A stretch of 21,548 nucleotides of DNA from Bacteroidales bacterium (lineage in GTDB: Bacteria; Bacteroidota; Bacteroidia; Bacteroidales; UBA12077), in assembly GCA_028282585.1 (NCBI GenBank), contig JANQHR010000155.1, positions 1 through 21,548 of the forward strand. Direction: 5' to 3'. The translations under genes were made by a program, and so were the position numbers. Positions 15,702 through 21,548 of this stretch are shown here, in pieces. The notes under the pieces were generated by a model. The model did not search any database and was not told the origin of the DNA. It saw nothing but the letters and a program-made list of their open reading frames with translations. The stretch's first letter is position 1. The number at the start of each line of letters is the position of its first letter.

Positions 15702-18700
15702 TTGAAAATACTAAAGTTATCCATATCATCAATTATTTTCATTACACTGTATTTCAATTCATTTGGACAATTTTATAATGGACATCAAATGGACTTTGGT
15801 AAAAACCGGGTTCAATACAATGATTTTTACTGGTCGTTTTACCGATACGATAAATTTGATGTATATTTTAATCAGGATGGAGAAGCAATTGCAAGATTTA
15901 CTTCAAAATATGCTAATGATGAAATATTAAGACTCGAAGAAAAACTAAATCATCAACTAAATAAGCGTTTGATATTTCTGGTTTATAACAAATTCTCTGA
16001 TTTCCGGCAAAGTAATATTGGATTAGTAACTGGCAAAGAAGAGTATAATACCGGAGGTATTACTAAAATAAGAAATAATAAGGTTAGTCTGTATTTTCAA
16101 GGTAATCATACCGAGTTTTTAACACAAATGCGATCGGCCATTGCTGAAGTAATTGTAATGGAAATGTTATATGGAGAGGGATTATCGGAAAATTTTGCGA
16201 GCTCGAGTATGCTCAATCTTCCCGAGTGGTATTTAAAAGGTTTAACCTCATATTTAGCTACCGACTGGAATATTGATATTGAAAACCATATCAAGGACGG
16301 AATTCTAAATAATCGTTATAAAAAATTTAATCGTTTAACCGGAGACGATGCAATAAATGCCGGTCATTCTTTTTGGAAATATATAAATGATTATTACGGG
16401 AACACTGTAATTACTGATATCGTTTATCTTACACATGTTACCAAAGGAGCAAATAAAGCACTGGAAGGAGTACTTGGATTAACCTTCAAAGGGCTCACCG
16501 AACAATGGTTAAGATATTATCAAGATTATTTTGAAGAGGAAAGTTTTACAGCAAATGATTCAATACTAAATGCCTCGATTATTAAAAAAAGAAATCCTAA
16601 ATTACATTTTAGTCAGGCTAAAGTGAATCCTGATGGTAGTAAAATTGCATATGTGAGTAATGAATTAGGGCAAAAAAAAGTATGGATATTTGATAAAACA
16701 ATAAAAAAATCAGAAAAGATATTTAAGCAAGGTCATAAAATAAAACAAATCAATGATTATACATATCCGGTTATTGAATGGCATCCAACAGAAGATATTT
16801 TAACTATAATAACTGAAAAGGAAGGTGGTTTAAAATTCATAAACTATATACTGGAAGAAAATGAGGTTATTGAACGAAGCCTCTTATATTTTGACAAGAT
16901 TCTTGATCTTAATTACTCAGATGATGGCTCGAAACTTACATTTTCTGCAGTAAAGAAAAGTGAAACAGATATATATGTTTTCGATATTGCTTCATCAACA
17001 CATGAAAAAATTACTTCTGATTTAGCTGACGATTTTCATCCCAGATTTATTAATAATTCTAAAGAAATAATTTTTACTTCTAACCGTGTAAGCGATACGC
17101 TTAATACAAATAATATTGCGTATGGTGATAACTTTGATTTATTTGTTTACCATTATCAAGATCAGAATCCAATTTTAAGAAGATTAACAAGTACTTACAA
17201 ACAAAATGAACAATTTCCTATTGAACAAACCAATGATGAATTTTATTATCTGAATGATCAAAATGGAATAAGAAATCTTTTCCTCGGAAAATATGATAGT
17301 ACAATTAGTTTTATAGATACAGCAATACATTATAGATATTTCTTGCACGAAAAACCGCTTACAAATTTTTCCAGTCACATAAATGAACACCATCTGAGTA
17401 GAAACAAAATATCTTATGCCTTTGTCAATTATAATAAAGGTTATTATGATATTAAACATGGCACTTTAAGTTATGAAATCAAAGGAGATAATCATATTTT
17501 AAGTAAAACAAGATATCGGAACGAATTAGAAAAACAATTTAAGATAAAAGATAGTCTTGAAATAGTTGATCCAAGAAAAAAATCATTGATAGATTCTGCC
17601 CAGATATTCTCAATAGAAGATAATTATGCAGATATAAATAATTATATTTTCGAAATTGAAAAGTCTTATTATAGTTACAAATATGATAGTATTAAACCTG
17701 ATACAAACATCATAAAAAATACCGTTCCAAAAATTCAAATTTACCAGCGAACATTTTTTACTGATCATGTTGTAAGCCAAGTAGACTTTAGTTTTTTAAG
17801 CTCTACATATCAGGCATTTACCGGAGGGGCTGTATATTTTAACCCCGGATTCAATGCTTTATTTAAGCTCGGTGCATTTGATTTATTAGAAGATTATAAA
17901 ATTATAGCAGGCGTTAGGTTCTCAGCAGACTTTAAAAGCAATGAATATTTAGTAAGCTTGGAAAATTTAAAAAAGAAAATCGATGAACAATATATTTATC
18001 ATCGTCAAAGTTTTGAAAATACTACGGAAGATTTTATCTCTAAAACGCAAACCAATAAGTTAATGTATATACGTACAATTCCTTTTAGCCAAATAAATGC
18101 ATTAAAGGGAACGGTTACTTTACGAAATGATAAACAGGTATATTTATCAACTGACCGGAGTACTTTAAAAAACTCGGATGATCATAAAATTTGGGTTGGA
18201 CTGAAACTGGAATATATTTATGACAACACGATCAAACTGGGAACAAATCTATATAATGGAACGAGATATAAAGTATTTGCAGAATATTACAATCGAACCA
18301 TTGAATATGTTGACTCATTTAATTACTTTAAAACAGATCTTTTTGTAATAGGTGCCGATTTCAGGCACTATCAGAAAATTCACAGGGATTTGATTTTTGC
18401 TTCACGTTTTGCGGCCAGTACTTCTTTTGGGCGAAGTAAACTTATTTATTATTTGGGAGGAGTTGATAACTGGACCAATTTTTCTCAAGCAACTCCAACA
18501 TTTATTCCTCTCGACGAAATTCCAATAGATCAATCGGAAGCATATGCATTCCAAGCAGTTGCCACAAACTTAAGAGGATTTCCTCAAAATATACGAAATG
18601 GAAATAGTTTTGCTTTAATTAACACTGAACTGCGTTGGCCAATTATTAAATATTTTTCAAGTTATCCGTTAAATTCTTCTTTCTGGTCGAACTTACAAGT

Positions 18701-18962
18701 AATTGGATTCTTTGATATTGGAACAGCATGGAGCGGATGGACACCATATTCTAACGAAAATGCATATGATGAAGACGTAAGAGGTCAAAAACCAATTATT
18801 ATTACTGTTGATACTCAAATAGATCCAGTTGTAGCCGGATACGGATTCGGATTTAGAGCTTTGTTACTTGGCTATTATGCCAGATTTGACTGGGCCTGGG
18901 GAATTGAAAATCAAAAAATAACACCACATGTATTTTATTTTTCATTAAGTTTAGATTTTTAA
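15702..18962 (+). CDS. Outer-membrane protein: degenerate peptidase-like N-domain, TolB/PD40 beta-propeller and Omp85-type barrel
   Basis: TTG start; signal peptide; PDGSKIAYVSN, YSDDGSKLTFS, DIYVFD and EIIFTSNR propeller motifs; LRGF and FFDIG Omp85 motifs; C-terminal FYFSLSLDF beta-signal. Confidence 0.75.
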   Translation: MKILKLSISSIIFITLYFNSFGQFYNGHQMDFGKNRVQYNDFYWSFYRYDKFDVYFNQDGEAIARFTSKYANDEILRLEEKLNHQLNKRLIFLVYNKFSDFRQSNIGLVTGKEEYNTGGITKIRNNKVSLYFQGNHTEFLTQMRSAIAEVIVMEMLYGEGLSENFASSSMLNLPEWYLKGLTSYLATDWNIDIENHIKDGILNNRYKKFNRLTGDDAINAGHSFWKYINDYYGNTVITDIVYLTHVTKGANKALEGVLGLTFKGLTEQWLRYYQDYFEEESFTANDSILNASIIKKRNPKLHFSQAKVNPDGSKIAYVSNELGQKKVWIFDKTIKKSEKIFKQGHKIKQINDYTYPVIEWHPTEDILTIITEKEGGLKFINYILEENEVIERSLLYFDKILDLNYSDDGSKLTFSAVKKSETDIYVFDIASSTHEKITSDLADDFHPRFINNSKEIIFTSNRVSDTLNTNNIAYGDNFDLFVYHYQDQNPILRRLTSTYKQNEQFPIEQTNDEFYYLNDQNGIRNLFLGKYDSTISFIDTAIHYRYFLHEKPLTNFSSHINEHHLSRNKISYAFVNYNKGYYDIKHGTLSYEIKGDNHILSKTRYRNELEKQFKIKDSLEIVDPRKKSLIDSAQIFSIEDNYADINNYIFEIEKSYYSYKYDSIKPDTNIIKNTVPKIQIYQRTFFTDHVVSQVDFSFLSSTYQAFTGGAVYFNPGFNALFKLGAFDLLEDYKIIAGVRFSADFKSNEYLVSLENLKKKIDEQYIYHRQSFENTTEDFISKTQTNKLMYIRTIPFSQINALKGTVTLRNDKQVYLSTDRSTLKNSDDHKIWVGLKLEYIYDNTIKLGTNLYNGTRYKVFAEYYNRTIEYVDSFNYFKTDLFVIGADFRHYQKIHRDLIFASRFAASTSFGRSKLIYYLGGVDNWTNFSQATPTFIPLDEIPIDQSEAYAFQAVATNLRGFPQNIRNGNSFALINTELRWPIIKYFSSYPLNSSFWSNLQVIGFFDIGTAWSGWTPYSNENAYDEDVRGQKPIIITVDTQIDPVVAGYGFGFRALLLGYYARFDWAWGIENQKITPHVFYFSLSLDF

Positions 18963-18972
18963 ATGAAAGCTT

Positions 18973-19341
18973 ATGAGTATAAACGAACTTATTTTACTTA
19001 TTATCATTGGGTTTTTAGCCGGAGTCGTTGGTGGTTCCTTAGGATTAGGTGGTGGAATTATTATTGTTCCCGCTTTGGTCTTTATACTGGGATTCACTCA
19101 ACATCATGCGCAAGGAACAAGTTTAGCTGTATTATTATTTCCGATCGGCATATTAGGTGTTATTAATTATGCAAAAAACGGATATGTAAATTTTAAATTC
19201 GCAGCCGTTTTAATTGTTGCTTTTGTTTTAGGCAGTTATATAGGTTCGGAGATATCAGTAAATTTACCGGAAAAAATACTTAAAAAGGTTTTTGCAATTT
19301 TCTTGTTAATAATCTCAGTAAAAATGATTTTAGATAAATGA
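18973..19341 (+). CDS. TauE/SafE-family membrane protein (single repeat, half size)
   Basis: GFLAGVVGGSLGLGGGIIIVPAL and HAQGTSL motifs; 122 aa, about 4 TM helices. Confidence 0.88.
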   Translation: MSINELILLIIIGFLAGVVGGSLGLGGGIIIVPALVFILGFTQHHAQGTSLAVLLFPIGILGVINYAKNGYVNFKFAAVLIVAFVLGSYIGSEISVNLPEKILKKVFAIFLLIISVKMILDK

Positions 19342-20528
19342 TAGATTTTAAAGAACAAATTATCCAACTAACCAATAAATATTTTGATGAGATTGTCGAG
19401 GTTCGAAGATATTTACATCAAAATCCAGAACTATCTTTTCAGGAATATGAAACTTCAAAATACATTATTTCGCTTTTAAATAAATGGAAAATTAAATACA
19501 GAGCTGAAATTGCTAACACCGGTATAGAATGTATAATTGAAGGCAAAAATCCGGAAAAAAAAGTAATTGCACTTCGTGCAGATATGGATGCACTTCCCAT
19601 TGAGGAACAAAATGACTTTAGTTATAAATCGAAGAATAAAGGTATTATGCACGCTTGTGGCCATGATGTTCATACAGCTTCACTTTTAGGAACTTTGCAA
19701 ATTTTAAATGAACTAAAGGAATCATTTGAGGGAACTATAAAGTTTATATTTCAACCCGCAGAAGAAAAATTACCCGGTGGCGCCAAGCAAATGATTGAAG
19801 AAGGTATTTTAGAAAACCCCAGACCCGATTTGATTATCGGACAACATGTATATCCCGAACTGGAAACAGGAAAATTAGGATTTAGGAAAGGTATATATAT
19901 GGCATCGACAGATGAAATTTACATAACTGTAAAAGGAAAAGGCGGGCATGCAGCTATGCCTGAAAAAATTACAAATACTGTTCTTATTGCTTCGCAAATT
20001 ATTATAGCTTTGCAGCAAATTCCGAAAGAACTCGCACCAAAACATATTCCGACGGTTTTATCGATTGGAAAAGTTATTGCCAATGGAGCAACCAATGTTA
20101 TTCCGAACGAAGTTTATCTTGAAGGAACTTTCAGGACTTTTAACGAAGAATGGAGAAAAATTGCTCGTGAAAAAATCAAAGAAATATGCGAATCTGTTGC
20201 AAAAAACCAAAATGCAACGGTACAGGTAACTATTAAAAACGGATATCCGGTTTTACATAATAATGAAAATGAAACGGAAAAAACAATCCAATTTGCAAAA
20301 GAGTTTTTAGGTGAAGACAACATTACAGAATTAGATATTAGAATGACTGCCGAAGACTTTGCTTATTTCTCACAAAAAATTCCGGCATGTTTTTACAGGC
20401 TGGGAACATCTTCAAGCAAAGAAACCAAATTTCCTTTACACTCACCCAAATTTAAAGTTGACGAAAACGCAATGAAAACTGGAATGGGAACAATGGCTTA
20501 TGTTGCAATTAAGCATCTGAACACTTAA
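19338..20528 (+). CDS. M20D-family amidohydrolase (Acy1/hippuricase-like)
   Basis: RRYLHQNPELS, ALRADMDALPI, MHACGHDVH, FQPAEE, GKGGHAAMP, AEDFAYF, LHSP. Confidence 0.95.
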   Translation: MIDFKEQIIQLTNKYFDEIVEVRRYLHQNPELSFQEYETSKYIISLLNKWKIKYRAEIANTGIECIIEGKNPEKKVIALRADMDALPIEEQNDFSYKSKNKGIMHACGHDVHTASLLGTLQILNELKESFEGTIKFIFQPAEEKLPGGAKQMIEEGILENPRPDLIIGQHVYPELETGKLGFRKGIYMASTDEIYITVKGKGGHAAMPEKITNTVLIASQIIIALQQIPKELAPKHIPTVLSIGKVIANGATNVIPNEVYLEGTFRTFNEEWRKIAREKIKEICESVAKNQNATVQVTIKNGYPVLHNNENETEKTIQFAKEFLGEDNITELDIRMTAEDFAYFSQKIPACFYRLGTSSSKETKFPLHSPKFKVDENAMKTGMGTMAYVAIKHLNT

Positions 20529-20640
20529 ACATGTTAAGAGACCGGTTTATTAACTCAAGCAGCTTATTTAGATTGATTCTAAATTGACAATAAAAGTGTT
20601 ATTTAATAAGCTTTTTGTTTCTCAGTTTAAATTAAGAAAA

Positions 20641-20648
20641 TAATTTTG
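20641..20648 (+). promoter_or_regulatory. Candidate -7 promoter box of the ferredoxin gene
   Basis: TAATTTTG 38 nt upstream of the ATG. A TTTG at 20614-20617 is slightly too far for a standard -33 element. Confidence 0.45.
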
Positions 20649-20686
20649 TATTGAATTAACATTTTTAAAACTAAAATTAAAAAATC

Positions 20687-20854
20687 ATGGCTTACGTAAT
20701 AAATGATGATTGCACGGCTTGCGGTAGTTGTATAGACGAATGCCCAGTTGAAGCAATAGCAGAAGGTGATATCTACACAATTGACGCTGAAACTTGCACT
20801 GACTGTGGTGCTTGCGCTGATGTTTGCCCGGTTGAGGCTATTCATCCAGAATAA
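20687..20854 (+). CDS. 2[4Fe-4S] clostridial-type ferredoxin (55 aa; not in the ORF track)
   Basis: Manual translation MAYVINDDCTACGSCIDECPVEAIAEGDIYTIDAETCTDCGACADVCPVEAIHPE*, with two CxxCxxCxxxCP motifs. Confidence 0.98.
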   Translation: MAYVINDDCTACGSCIDECPVEAIAEGDIYTIDAETCTDCGACADVCPVEAIHPE

Positions 20855-20876
20855 ACCAAAAGTTAAAAAAAATTAT

Positions 20877-20906
20877 ACCCGCTTTGACCAAAGCGGGTTT
20901 TTTTTT
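20877..20906 (+). terminator. Intrinsic terminator of the ferredoxin gene
   Basis: ACCCGCTTT-GACC-AAAGCGGGT followed by a long T-run. Confidence 0.9.
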
Positions 20907-21429
20907 ATAAATTCTCTACGTTGCTTCCACTTCATCAGTCCACTCTAATATCAGGATATGGAAACAACAAGAGTTTTTCAATTTCAGCATCCGTACCCGA
21001 ATGATCTTTATACCAGACACTATCTCCAAACGTAAAAGCAGTATTTTCAATTGAATCGATTACTTCCACTTTTGTTCACTGTAAATTAGGCTTTTTTGCA
21101 ATTCATTTTGGAATATGATATTAGATTCTTTCTAAACTTATTCATTTAGACATATATATATTTTATGCTAAATTGGGAATTCTATTCTTTCCTGAAATAT
21201 TAACAAATTAGCAATTATGCTATAATTTTAAGTTAAACCAGCTAGTAACATAAAACATCGTTTATGGAATTTAAATAGCAAGTTAGTTGACTTTTAAAAA
21301 TCTGACAGTATGAAATTTAACAAACAAAAATTAAAATATACTGTGATGTTTAACATTATGCCAGGATCATATTCTTTTGAGTTTTTAACTGATAAAAAAG
21401 AAGATGTCCAAAAAGAACGAAAATAAAAA

Positions 21430-21528
21430 TTTGCCACTAAAACACCAAGGCTCGAAAATACACAAAAGTCTATTAATCAATATATTATAATTTTGTGAGA
21501 TTTTGTGTTTTTGTGTCTTTGTGGCGAA
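21430..21528. repeat. Imperfect long inverted repeat built from ~9-10-nt CACAAA/TTTGTG units (MITE/REP-like)
   Basis: Left arm 21430-21467 versus the reverse complement of 21491-21528 matches at 27/38 positions, several mismatches being G.T-compatible; 23-nt AT-rich loop. Confidence 0.6.
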
Positions 21529-21548
21529 AATCAATCTTTTTAGACACC

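Noticed and set aside
13602-20948. Short track ORFs 13602-14057, 14831-15079, 16106-16294, 17184-17459, 18963-19166, 19476-19673, 20114-20323, 20627-20845, 20766-20948
   Set aside because: They overlap well-supported genes on the opposite strand or in another frame.
21310-21426. 38-aa ORF MKFNKQKLKYTVMFNIMPGSYSFEFLTDKKEDVQKERK
   Set aside because: No motif or other support; could be chance. It needs a homology search.

Overview
AT-rich bacterial DNA, most likely Bacteroidota, judged from TAnnTTTG promoter boxes, the DUF1573-meaB pair and the DUF4369-TlpA lipoprotein. The left third is an apparently intact type II-C CRISPR-Cas locus: a 36-bp repeat array running off the left edge (10 repeats, 9 spacers visible), leader, cas2, cas1, a 1319-aa cas9 and a divergent tracrRNA. 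The most unusual feature lies inside the cas operon, between cas9 and cas1: a co-oriented HUH/Y1 REP-associated tyrosine transposase (RAYT-like) gene with three 33-bp palindromes that show compensatory base changes. One palindrome is upstream, one downstream, and one is translated in frame inside the transposase gene. The junction to cas1 also carries a diverged duplicate of the 'transposase C-terminus - stop - 6 nt - ATG' sequence. The rest is chromosomal backbone: a LytTR module (secreted helical-repeat protein preceded by a LytTR-type box, a histidine kinase, a His->Glu pseudokinase, a response regulator), TlpA, MeaB, a DUF1573 protein, a beta-propeller/Omp85 protein, a half-size TauE, an M20 amidohydrolase, a 55-aa ferredoxin missed by the ORF track, and a second, unrelated hairpin repeat at the right end. 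All calls come from reading motifs by eye; no database searches were run.
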